From: Ptychomitrium polyphyllum
Lineage: Eukaryota
Direction of reading: 5' to 3'
Length of the DNA: 64,000 nucleotides
Assembly (NCBI GenBank): GCA_973851085.1
Contig: OZ316775.1
Span: 3,906,001 to 3,970,000, forward strand
The notes beneath the pieces were generated by a model. That model saw nothing but the letters and a program-made list of their open reading frames with translations, ran no database searches and was not told where the DNA came from. Position numbers and translations under genes: made by a program. Shown piece by piece: positions 28,029 through 39,603 of this stretch; positions within the stretch are counted from its first letter, which is position 1, and the number at the start of each line of letters is the position of its first letter.

Positions 28029-31000
28029 GGGGAATCAACATCTCATTCTTTATCTGTTCACTCCGAGAAATTCTCCGACCATTGTGGTTACTCTCTTTTT
28101 CCTGTAGCATATGCTCTGAAGGGCTAGTTCTCCTGAAATTCATTGGTGGTAAGGGTTCTCGTCATTTTCAATGATTATGAAATGTGGATCTTTCAAATGA
28201 TCTCTATCCAGCTGATGTTACCGAGTGCAAGGTCCTCACAGCACTGGGAAGTGTCACTGAGGTTAAAAGAATCTATTATTCCTCAACAACCCCTACAGTT
28301 TTAGTACGTCCTCATTAGATCTAGCTGATGTGGCATGTTCATGTGGACAACAGGGTAGGTAGAAGCTCAACTTATGTTAGCCAAATCGGGTCAGACCTGT
28401 TGCAGTACTCAGACTCCTGACTCCTGGTAACTTAAGACTCAGAAGAGGATCGGGATCATACTGTCAATGTACAGTCAAGCAGAGGTCCTTCATCACAAGG
28501 TTCTACTGATTTATCTAAACGTTTAGCAGGTTAAGGTGTCGACCGTTATACAGGAGAATTGGCCTGTTTAGACGTGTCAGTCATGTACTTTACCATTTTT
28601 CTCAGTTTTAGTCCTTTTTTTTGCAATGAGATCTTTTTGTGCAATCATTACATCCTTTTACCAGATGACCGTGCAACACTTTTACAGTAAACATCTGGGC
28701 CAGATGCTGTGCTGAATGATGATGTTAAGCAAAGTTTGATACTTTGAGAAATAGTGTAGTACTGTTCTATAACTATAGATCATGGGGCAGGTCATGTATC
28801 GCAACGGCAAAAGAGTTGGCCACATCGCTTCACATGATTGACAGCGAATAATAATTCAGATCAAGCAGCAGTTAGTTTTTTAAAATTGGATTATGCTAAG
28901 ATACACAGTATTGCTGAGTTCCTCGACAGCAGTACATCTGTCGGGATGAGCTGTCTCAGAATGTACTGTGCACTCCTTAAGCTTGCACTTATGCAATCCA
29001 CATTTTAACATGAAGACAACCTATCGGTAGGCGATGTGAGCAACAATTCACTTTTACGGTGTTGGAGAAGCCCAGCCGGCCTGAGCCACATATGAGGGAA
29101 TCCGCAACACCATATACGATAGTTATTACATTCCACAACAGCGACTTGTTTCCTCCTGCTCGCGGCACATGTGGGCGTTTCCTAATAGAACTGAGCACTT
29201 GACTTCCAAGACTGTGTTTGGGGCCGGAAGTAAATCTGCCTCCTACGTAACTTCCCCTGCTCGCCTTTTTCTGGAAACCCGGAGCTAGATGAGCTCCTCG
29301 TCAAAACAATCGCTCCAGCCGCTCTCATAGCCAAAGTGGCAAGTTGTTGAAGACGCCCTTTGTAGTTATATGATGGCTGCATGCTGCTTCCGCCCACATA
29401 AATTTATGAACGGGCCATGAACCCTCATTTGATATATGATGGATAAGTATGGAGATCAGGGCAGAGATAGTGTGAGTGTGAAAGTATACGAGGATCCTCC
29501 CGAACCTGCCAGGTACCTTTCACAGATCAGACACAGGCTGCAGAGATGGTCGAATACGCGAAGACCTTCAAGTTCGGGTAGCACTTTGAGAATGTGGAGA
29601 ACCTGGTGTGAATCAAGAGCAACCCGAAGTTTAAAGAAGCTCTGGATGGAGAAGGGCGGGCAGCCATGGAAAATTGGGAGCGGCAGAAGAATTTGCTACA
29701 TGAAAGGAGAAGGAATTTCTGAATCTGATTACGACCCAATTATGCAACCACTACATTCCTAATTCTATCTCGTTACCATGGTTGCATAATTGGGTCGTAA
29801 TTGGTTTCTTCAGCTGAATAGCATATAAGCGCATGCCATTCATCAATATGTTTTGGCCGTCATAATTCAGTCTGAAATTTATTTGGCTCTGTTGTGTCTC
29901 AAGACTGTTCTGGAGAACAATAGTTGCAATTTCTTGTGTGAGATTGAAGATGCTTTTAAAACGAGTTAAGATAGGTGATGCCCGATGCATTTTTCTTGTC
30001 CAAACATGCACTTTAAAGGGAACGAAACAGATGTCAAAGACCTACTTTCAGCTATTTGTAAGTGAATTATGGCAACTATACCATTCCAAGAAGCTGAAGC
30101 AATTAGTCAGCTCTATTGACAGACTTGTGTCTACCCTTGAGTTGATTGAAGACTTATCTCAGGCTTGTGGAAACCAGTGGTGCAGCTTGCAGCTTGCTCT
30201 ATCTGTTCCATTGCCTCCCTGGTGTGACGGTATTTACCAAGTTTGATCTCCTCTAGGAGCTGGGCTGGATCTTGACAAGATCTACTATGTCCTGGATTTG
30301 ACAAAGGATGTGAATTTGAATTGGAATGAGGACCAATGCAGATATGCACTGGAAAGGAAGCATGGGACCGGGGTTAAATCTGCAGGGGAGATGAAACCAT
30401 TACAATCTGGACATTTTTTCCGAGATCATATTGACCTCTTATTCAAAATTGAGAGAGGATCAACCCCAATCGAGGAGAATCTTCTTGCCTTATAGGACGT
30501 ATTGATCAATTTTATACTTCACCCTTTGTGGAGCATTTGGGGCAGTATCACTACGCCCCGACAGATTGTACTGCTCCTGCCCCTACTAAATTCGTTTCAA
30601 ATTGATAACAAATGCATTCAACATATCAACAATCTCATTGCTACTTATGCCACAAATGTGTGTAAACTATGAGATTATATGTTTTGCTATTTGTTGGAAT
30701 TTGGATGGATTGCTATCTAACTCCTTTGCAGAAATGAGTCGATTGAGAAGAGATTTTTTAAGAAGATGAAAATAGGCACTATTTTGCGGAGGTTCTAAGG
30801 AGCAGATTGGAGTCTAGCGAGACCATCGAGTGGACCAGGTTGACGTGGCCATTGACTCATATCCGGTGAAAATTCAGTAGAAAGAAATTTACAAATCAGT
30901 TCTTAAGTTTCCAGATTAATCACCTGGATCTGAAATTTGATAAAGTAATCGGTAAACGAGGTTTGAAGTTGACCTACAGGTGCAAGTGGTGTGGACTGAC

Positions 31001-31534
31001 GGTGACAATTGTCAAAATGGAATAGACCACAAATGAAGGAGTTGAAAGAGAAGCGCTTGTGATGTTGAAGGTACAACATCCAAATTCAATTTCTTTCACC
31101 ATGCACCATTTTGCAAACCAAATAGCGAAATGTAACACAAATTGTGAAAACAGTTGCTCACATCGCATGCAGCACAGAATTTGAAAAACAGTCATGCACA
31201 TCAAGCAGCAGATGATTTATTTCAAAATGAAATGAAAACAGAGTACTGAGCTCATCTCTTGGATCCCGCCTTTAGAAGCTATTCAGTTGAAATGACCACT
31301 CCAATGAGGGACAACTCAATATTATTTAGCTTGATCAATACTTTCGGGGGAACAAACTTGGACCAAGGTTGCAATTAGTGATTACAACTCGTCCATTCTG
31401 AACCGCCGTACGCAACATCTGCAAAACAAACATTCTTCAAGAGTAAGAATGACGCCTTACACAACGTGCAAAAAATTCTAGTACCCTCTTCAATCGGTGG
31501 TCTCTGTGGACGAATGTTCAGTACCTTGTCCATC

Positions 31535-31885
31535 TCAAGGCAGGGCTGGAGGTTTCGGGGTAGCGTCGCTACCCACTTGGACCTTGAAGGCCTGCACATT
31601 GAGAGGGTTAGCAGGGTCAGGAATCAGGACAAGTACATCCCCATCGCCCACAGTCACGTCCACCACCACTGTCCCACCTGCAACCACGATATGGATACTC
31701 TCCTGCGGTTCGTTGAGGTCCACGGTAACCATCTGCGTCGTCACTTTGACGTCTTTGTCATCAACCAAGATGTCCGCCACCAGCCCTGCCGGGTTGTAGA
31801 TCGTCACTGATGCCTGTGCAGCAGCCATTACCAGTGCTGCAACAACCACCAGCTGGACTAGTAGCAGGGTAGACTTCGTCCCCAT
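31535..31885 (-). CDS. Small secreted protein of unknown function (116 aa; signal peptide plus Val/Asp-rich beta-strand domain)
   Basis: Intronless ORF with GCCATGG start context. N-terminus MGTKSTLLLVQLVVVAALVMAAAQA ends in an A-Q-A cleavage motif. GC-rich third positions; TATA-like CATAAAT about 100 bp upstream (about 31985-31991, minus strand) followed by a CT-rich leader. Confidence 0.8.
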   Translation of the reverse strand: MGTKSTLLLVQLVVVAALVMAAAQASVTIYNPAGLVADILVDDKDVKVTTQMVTVDLNEPQESIHIVVAGGTVVVDVTVGDGDVLVLIPDPANPLNVQAFKVQVGSDATPKPPALP

Positions 31886-32738
31886 GGCTGTGCAGATCTA
31901 GCGCACTCTCTGAGCAATAAGAATGAGTGTAGGAGAAAGAGCTTGCGAATGAGTTTGATGGTGAATGGAGCTGAGAGGAAGTTGATTTATGGAAGGGAGC
32001 AAGCAAAGGCCAAGGACTAAAAAGGACAACACTAGTGCTGTGATACTGTTTTCTGGGAACTAAATGTGTGGATCAGGATATGATCCGATGCCATGATATT
32101 CATGCAAAGAAAGAATAATTTAGTCCTTGACAGACATGTCGGAGGTGTGATTTTGCAGAATCGCGTGGGTGCGCAACAATCAGAGAACCGTGTGGGTCTG
32201 TTACAGCTCATAGCATCCCACCCTTGTGAGCACCGTATGTTTTAGTCCTTGCACTGTTAAAACAATACATGAAAAGGAAATGTAGCCAGTCTGCAAAATC
32301 CGAGAAAGAAATGAGAAAATACCGAATGCAAATGACAAAGGAAATGTAAACGTTCACATCGCAGTTCAGACAGGCACTCACAGATCACTTGAAGCATAAA
32401 TGCCACATTTGCGCAGGAGAAGCAGCTAATTTGTTTGTACCTTGTGAGCCAAATCAACAGAAACTTGTCTTCTCTATCAAACGAAAGCTCTTCGCACCCA
32501 AGTTCACTTTTCTGAATCCGATCAACCTTGTATCGCATGCTAACCCTTGCACAATCTCTGCAGGACCCAGCTACCACAATACTGTTCAACTGGAAGGACT
32601 CAGCATTCTGAATTGTCCTCCACTTCAAACGTAGAATGCACATAACCCCACCCTTCCCCTGGATCAGTTTCAAAGTTGGCGCCTCAAAACTGAACCACTC
32701 GATAATTCCAGGAAAAGCAGAGGCCATGTACAAACAAG

Positions 32739-33041
32739 TTCCACAATCACTCACATTAACATCCTCCTCACCATATACATTCGAGCTAATCATAGACACA
32801 TCAGAGTAGAAAACCTTCCCAGTTGGTTGAGCTCAGGCACTTCAGACATGAAGAATATCATTTCTGTGTACCAATTGATGAATGCCTGTCATGGAGCCTC
32901 CAAGACAGGCATTCATCAATTGCAGCAAAAGAAGACACAGAGCTCAAGACCCCCGAAACCTCTAAAAACGTGTTCTACAATCACTCACATCAACATCCTC
33001 CTAACCGTTGACATTCTAAGTTAGCTAATCACAGACACATC
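32739..33041. repeat. Imperfect direct repeat of about 65 bp
   Basis: GTTCCACAATCACTCACATTAACATCCTCCTCACC...AGCTAATCATAGACACATC (about 32739-32802) versus GTTCTACAATCACTCACATCAACATCCTCCTAACC...AGCTAATCACAGACACATC (about 32972-33041). Confidence 0.8.
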
Positions 33042-33384
33042 GATGCCAGGGAGGAAGACGACTTCAACAGAGGTAAGCTCAATCACTTGAGGGATCATCA
33101 ATGAATAATCTTATTGTTGTATATCAAGCTTACAAAAGTTGTGTACATCAGATCAGCCGCCCAATGAGACCGCCGCTCGCATAGTCTCATGGCTCAGAAT
33201 CATCTTCACAAGAATGGAATCACCTCATCCTTGATTAAAAAAATTGAATGAGCAAGGTTCAACTACAAATCCCATCTCCTCACACTTCATAACAAGAATC
33301 TGTATTGGCTAGCGGAACAAGCTAGGAGATGACCTACATCGCCAAACCTGTCTCCGCAAATGAATCAATTAAGGTTGGGGTGGT

Positions 33385-35747
33385 TCACTGGTATTTACTG
33401 CTACAAAACACTTGACACTTGATGGTCTGCCGATTTACAATGAAACCCGGGTTCACCATCACGCTGATTTTGCTCCGGCTCGCATCCTCCTCGTACGTCG
33501 TCACCTGCTCCATGAACCGAGGGTCGAAATCCGACGCAGACGGAACCCTAAAAATCGTCACTGTAGATTCATGAGCGAATGCGAGGTGGTGGAGGAGCCA
33601 GACCGACTTGAAAGCGTTAAAGAAGGACGCGAGCAGAGCGACAGACGTCTCCTTGTCCGCCACTTTCGTCAGCTGGGAGAGAATAAGCTCCATGCGGAGG
33701 ACGAAGAAGCGGTGGAATGTGGGATTTACAATCGTGGACCCCGGATTGCGGAGAGATTTCTCGATGATGACCCATTCCTGCTTCTTCAGATCGTTGTAGG
33801 CCTTGCTGCAGGAGGCTTTAAGCGTCTCGGGGTCAACGACAGGGCAGGTGCCGTTGGGTTCGAAGCTGACGTTTTCAAAATTCTCGAACAAGACTTGGTT
33901 GAGGAAGGATTCAAAGTAGAGGATGATCACGTTCCGAGGCAACTTACTCACCCACCGTCCTGCGTCTTTCTGCTGCTCCAGAAGAGAGGTGATCACCTGT
34001 GTGGCGGATTCCCCAGACTCGCGGATGTGGATACACAGCGCAGAGGCGAGTTTCTTGATGTTGAGCTTAGAGTCGTCGAAAGCTTTCTGGAATAGTTGGG
34101 GTGTGACTTGCAGAATGGCGAAGTGGGGGCCTTTCAGTCCGGTGGCGGTGTTGTCGCGTCTGTGTTTGGCGACTTCGTAGTCAAACTCTACGTCCTTGGC
34201 CTCGGCTATTCGTTGGATAAGTTCGGATTCCAGCTCCTGGCACCGTTGGTGTAGCTCCTTGCACTTTCCCTCCGCTGCGTGCATGGCGAGCTCCAGTGCT
34301 TTGAACTCATTCGCTGTAGCGAGCTCGTTCTTCTTCGCTTGCTCTAATTTGTACTGTAAGGTCTTGATGGTGTAGTCCATGACCTTGAAGGAATTCGAGT
34401 CCAGCTTCACGGTCCCTTGCTCAACGGGAGGAAAGAGCTCGTTAACCTTCGAGCCCTGATTCTTCTTTCTACCCCAGCTCATGAAGCTGAACATGCTGCT
34501 TGAGCCTGACTTGGTGCTCTTCGTGCTCCCTGTTCTCGTCAGCTCCGAAGAGAGCCCTGAATCACCACCTGGTCGTACTACAGATCGTCAGCTTCACAGG
34601 TATCAATGAAAACAGAGCAAAAACCCTACTTGGGTGAATCGAAGCAGCAGAGGATTGGTGTACCTGATGGCTCTTTCTCAACCTCCGGCACAACCATGGA
34701 GATATCGCCGCTGCAACGGCTCCAATTGGCCATAGGGGCGCTGGAAACAGGGTCATTGCTCCTGCTCGCATTGGCAGGTCCTCGTCGCTTACTGCCCTGA
34801 AATGAGGCACCAAGGTCTCTCCCAATACCTCTCAATGTGCCCCCGCCTTCAGCCTTCTTGCCACCAAACAAGGGAGAGATCGAGCGGGATAAGTTCTTCC
34901 ACCCCTTGCCTGGCGACTTCTCAACTTTTTCAACCTTAGAATCCCTTGCGGTGAAGGATAATGTAGATTGACGGGGCGATGCGATTCCATTCTGCTGCTG
35001 CTGTAGCTGCTGTTGTAGTTGCTGTTGTTGCTGTTGGAGCTCCTGCTGTTGCTGCTGTTGTTGCAGTTTTGCTTGCCGCTTGGATTTCATTGAAGTGGCA
35101 GGCCGGGCAGGACTCTCGGTGACGGTCTCAGGTGGCGACCAGCTCTCTCGAGATAGCTGAGGCATGCGAGGGTCACGTCGCGGTTGTGGAGATTTGGCGA
35201 ATTCAGGGCTACGAGGCTCTGGTGCACGAGTGTGCTGCCTCGTGGGCGTCAACCAACCGAAATTCTTGGGTGCTCTGGGGCTCCGAATGTCCATAGACGG
35301 GAGAGAGGAGTGGCTCTCAGTGGGCGCTCGGTGAGGACTCCACATGCTGGGATGCTGCGGAGAGTTCGTGGTGCTAGCCCTCTCTAAGGTATAGAGATTG
35401 TCTGGGCTCGTCGTCGACGACGGAATCATGTACTTGCTCCGTGGGCTCTTTATGGCAGTTCGAACCGAGGCGTTGCTGCTCACATTGCTCTGCTCCCGCT
35501 GCAGATGCCCGCTTTCGTTCGGAGACGTCCGTTCGGGCGTAATGCTACTGCTAGGGTTTTTAGTTCGTTCGAGGACACTGTTGGGACTCCTTGGCCGCAA
35601 TGGATGTGGGTGCATTTGCTCCAACTCAGGGTTGTGCGTGGAGATGTCAGTGCGGATCTCCTTCCACAATGCCGGTGGATCTGAGTCGCGAAAGTCCGTC
35701 TCTGCATCTTGGAAATCTCTCTCGTCCTCTAAGCTCCTATAACTCAT
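33385..35747 (-). CDS. IRK-interacting protein-like (IRKI/GIL1-related C-terminal domain, coiled coil, Ser/Pro-rich N-terminus; about 755 aa)
   Basis: Exons 35747-34664 and 34568-33385 (95-nt GT-AG intron; alternative in-frame acceptor 9 nt upstream) join the 419-aa and 369-aa ORFs. C-terminal motifs YFESFLNQVLFENFENVSF, FKSVWLLHHLAFA, IFRV...FDPRFME, VMVNPGFIV...IKCQV resemble the IRKI-like family from recall. Probable 5'UTR intron 35847-35977. Confidence 0.82.
34992..35063 (-). repeat. Coding CAG/CAA polyglutamine tract
   Basis: Encodes QQQQQQQELQQQQQQLQQQLQQQQ in the IRKI-like gene. Confidence 0.9.
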
Positions 35748-36076
35748 GATGTCTTTGGTGTAGGGTTGGTTAAGCACAATGTCTTCAACGCTCTGCCCGG
35801 CAGATTCCGGTTCCTTCAGCCAGCATACGACAGCCGGACACAAAACCTGATTCAAGCAGAACAGGTTCAGTTCTCGGACGAACAAAAGTTGGTGTTCTCA
35901 TCAGCATATATAATCTCACGCCATCACACAAGCAAGACGGGATTGCACTGCATAGAGTTTACGCTCTAATAACTTACACCTTGCACATCCCAGAAGGTTG
36001 TTGACAGTTCTTATCCTAAACTTCGAATATTCAATGTGCCCCTAAAACCCCTCCAACGATCTTATTCAGGTTGATT

Positions 36077-36106
36077 AGATCCGTGTTGATAAGATCCGTG
36101 TTGATA
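36077..36106. repeat. Perfect 15-bp tandem duplication
   Basis: AGATCCGTGTTGATA x2. Confidence 0.85.
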
Positions 36107-36699
36107 CTCATCGAGTGTTATCTCTACAAGCATCATTGTATCAAGTAGAATATTTCGATTCAGAGGGATACAGTAGTGTGTGCAAGGAAGCTTACAGGAG
36201 AGAAGATCGAATACTCTTCTTGCGAAAGCGTGCTGGCGCGATGACCAGGGTGCTGAGCTCGTTTCTTGGAGCTCATAGAAGTGCCAATCACATGATGCTT
36301 CCGTCCCACGGCCCTTGCTGGACTTGAAATCTGCATTGTCCGTCCCATTTAGACATCACTACATCACCACCTACCTATCTTCACATCACTCCTCCCCACA
36401 CTCAAAAACACCTCAGCAAACCCCACCCCACCCCCCAATTCGTCCCCCAAATCACAAATAAACTCGCACACCCAACGTCTACAGCAACTCCGCCACTACC
36501 CTCCGCCTTTCCTCCAACCCACACCTCCTCACCACACTTCACTAGCATCTCCATCGCCCTCCCCCCATCGCACACCCCGTCCTTCACCACGTCAAACCCA
36601 GTAGTGGGTCCTCTCTCAAACAAAACTCCCTAGCGAATCGCACCTCATGATCTAAAGGACGCACACAACGACCCAGACCCGTATTGAACGCGGACGCTG

Positions 36700-37100
36700 G
36701 CTACGGTGAAAGTTGGAAAAGAGACTGCAGCACCACTTAGCCGATCAGATGCTGTCCAGATGCGAAGGGGGGTGAGGGAGCATGCGGAGCGCGAGGGAGC
36801 GTACGAAATGCACCGTGCCCACAGTGCAGTGGAATCCGCTGCAGGACCGGGTTCCCAACGGGTTGTGGCCGAAAGCTAGGTGCCAGTGCCAAGGTGCGAG
36901 CTTGGCAGCGGCGGGGGCGAGGCGGGATGTCAGGGCGTCGAGGGGCCAGGGCAGTGGCGCAGACGTGACAAGCTCACTGGAATTGCGCTGCCCGCGACGC
37001 TCCGCCCCTCCCAGCCGTCGGATCGCGCATTTTATCTCCCCTCCCGATCTAGACAGATCTATCTTCGCTAGTGCCGCCGATTCGGGTCAGCGAGGAAATT
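36700..37100 (-). promoter_or_regulatory. GC-rich promoter island upstream of the IRKI-like gene
   Basis: CG-dense island between the gene leader and AT-rich intergenic DNA. Confidence 0.45.
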
Positions 37101-39556
37101 CCCCGGAGCCTACTGTACTCGAAAGGGAAAGTGGGGAAATCAATGAGACGGAGATCCTCTTTTGGAGTCTTGGACTCACGCTTTAGGCATTTCGGGGTTA
37201 TTGTTCACACCAATTTGGATGAGGGTGATCTGTTTCTTCCGTGCTGACCCCTCTCGGCATGGGAATTCCTAGAATTTATTGCTGGCGTAGTGGAATGACC
37301 GTGTGGTGGTGTGATCATGGTGCACTGTATGGTACCAAGTGGACTCTGACGAGTCTGTTTCGCACATCCTTGTATTCGCTGTTCAGGACCCAGGTTGCAG
37401 GGTTAGGTGGCCGGAGGGGCCACGCTCATGCACGTGCATTTGGTTAAAAATATACCACTCCTCTCAGGACTGAAGTAAATGAAGGGAAACTTTTGTTTTT
37501 GTTCGATTGCTTGGAGTACTGTGTCGCTCGAAGTGGAATCTACAGAGCATTTATCAAAGCATAGCACCTTTCAAAGTACTGGGGTAAAAGATGTCGCAGA
37601 GGGCTACTGAGTGACTCCCAGGTGACCAAGGCGACTGGAGTTTGGTAAGGTCCTAAAAGGTTAAGTGTTTTGTGACCCCCCTCATAATTCTAAAGGAGAT
37701 TTCCATTTATTTGATAAAAATTTAACATTCTTTTAAGCGAGAAGTTTTATTTTTATTTAAGTTAGCAAAAAGAGGTTTGGTAGGTGCAAATACATGTTGT
37801 TAAGATTGAAATTGAATTGCTTATATGGAGCATCTTGTGTACTATAGCATGGCCGAAATTGATTTGAAAATTCTAAATTTTATGAATTAAAGTAATCTTT
37901 GTTCACACCAATCAAATAATGAAATTGCATAATTTTTTTGGACGTAATTATACAAAAAGTGTTTTGTATGTAACTTACGCATGTTGTATGGTTAAATGTT
38001 TTAGTACCATTCTAAAGCATATTTGATGTATTTGAAGCTTAAGTATAGAAAGAAAATTTTATTATATATAGAACCTTTTATATTTGTGAAAAGCTAAAAA
38101 CTTGGAATATAAAAAATATTCACATAAGCTAACAACATTGTAGGTGATTCACATGCGCTTAGAACTTTTGTTAAAATTTCTCATAGCTCTTACACATAAC
38201 TGAATTTTTTAATAAATTATCAAATTGCATTAATAATTCTCTTAAATTGAATCAATAGGTTTCTTGGATCAAGTCAAATTTAGTACTTTTAGAATTCTAA
38301 TATTGAAAAATAATATGATTGTAAACAAAAATTAACTTCAACTACCTCTAATAAGTTAAAGGATTAAAGCCTCTAGTAACTTTAAAGGATAGAAGCATCA
38401 TTAGTAAATTTTTGCTCAAAACTAATAGGAATAGCTAATGCATTCAATTAAATTTGAAAAAGTAGTAGAATAAATACAGCTTCATTGGCAAATATATTGT
38501 GGTCTTTTTTACAACTATATAAGCAATTTAGATGATAAACTACATACAATTCAATATAGAAGCTACTAAATTAAAGGAATTAGCTAATGAAATAAGAAAA
38601 TATCATAATTAACAACGTCAAATTATACAACATTAGTTTATAATTTAAATAAAGCTCAATATTTAATGAAGCTCAACATTTAATTTCAAGAGTTAAATCA
38701 ATCATTTTTTTTAAAAGAACCAATATCCATTACAAATCCCATTATTAACATAGGATAGGAATGCCAATTAAAAAGTTTGATTTCAATTTTTTTTAAATCC
38801 TTTTTAAAACAACCTTCAAAAATTTAAAGAAGAAAATCACGGCAATAAGAATTATAAACAATTTTTATTATTATATGTATATTTGGTCAAATTACACAAA
38901 TCACCTAAAAACACCAATTTCCAGTTTAAGGTGGAAACTAAAAAAATCTTCTAAATTAACCAACTACCAATGTAATTCAAAACCAAGAAAGCTATCCAAA
39001 CACATTAATCAATATGAAAACCTTAAAAACAAAGTAAATCCCAAGTTTCATAGTACAATTTGATACTATTATTGCCATGTTTAGAAAGAAAGTAATATTA
39101 TTGTACTCAAAATTACAAAAATAAAAGTAATAACACTCATCATTTTACAATAAATATCATATATATTTCCTATTTTTAGCTTATAACTTTTAGATCTAAT
39201 ATCCCTTATAAAAGTAATAATAATGCATTCTATGATCAATTACATTCACTTACAAAAATATAAGCTACCAATGTTACTTGACAAAGAAGGGAATCCAAAA
39301 ACATTAGTTTTAATTTCTAAAAGAAAAACAACATACAACAAAGTTTCTTAATAAAGATGCTTCACAACAAACCTTTGAAAGAAAACCAAATATACTATGA
39401 GAAAAACAATCAAAGTACCAATCAATTGAAAGAGCACATGGAAGAGTCAAACAACTAAGTAAATAAGTAAGGAAAAAGCGTATGAAAGGAAGGAACTTGG
39501 ACAAGGAAGAAAGAGAACGAAGAAATAATGGAGATACTAAGGAATTTGGTCATCCC

Positions 39557-39603
39557 AAACCCTAACCCTAACCTCAACCTCAACCTCAACCTCAACCTAA
39601 CCC
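39557..39603. repeat. Telomere-like hexamer array with telo-box
   Basis: AAACCCTAA start; (AACCCT)2(AACCTC)4 AACCTA ACCC. Confidence 0.8.

Noticed and set aside
31466..31810. + strand ORFs of 114 and 100 aa
   Set aside because: Antisense shadows of the secreted-protein gene; they lack ATG starts and a signal peptide.
33412..34095. 227-aa + strand ORF
   Set aside because: Antisense shadow of the IRKI-like coding exon.
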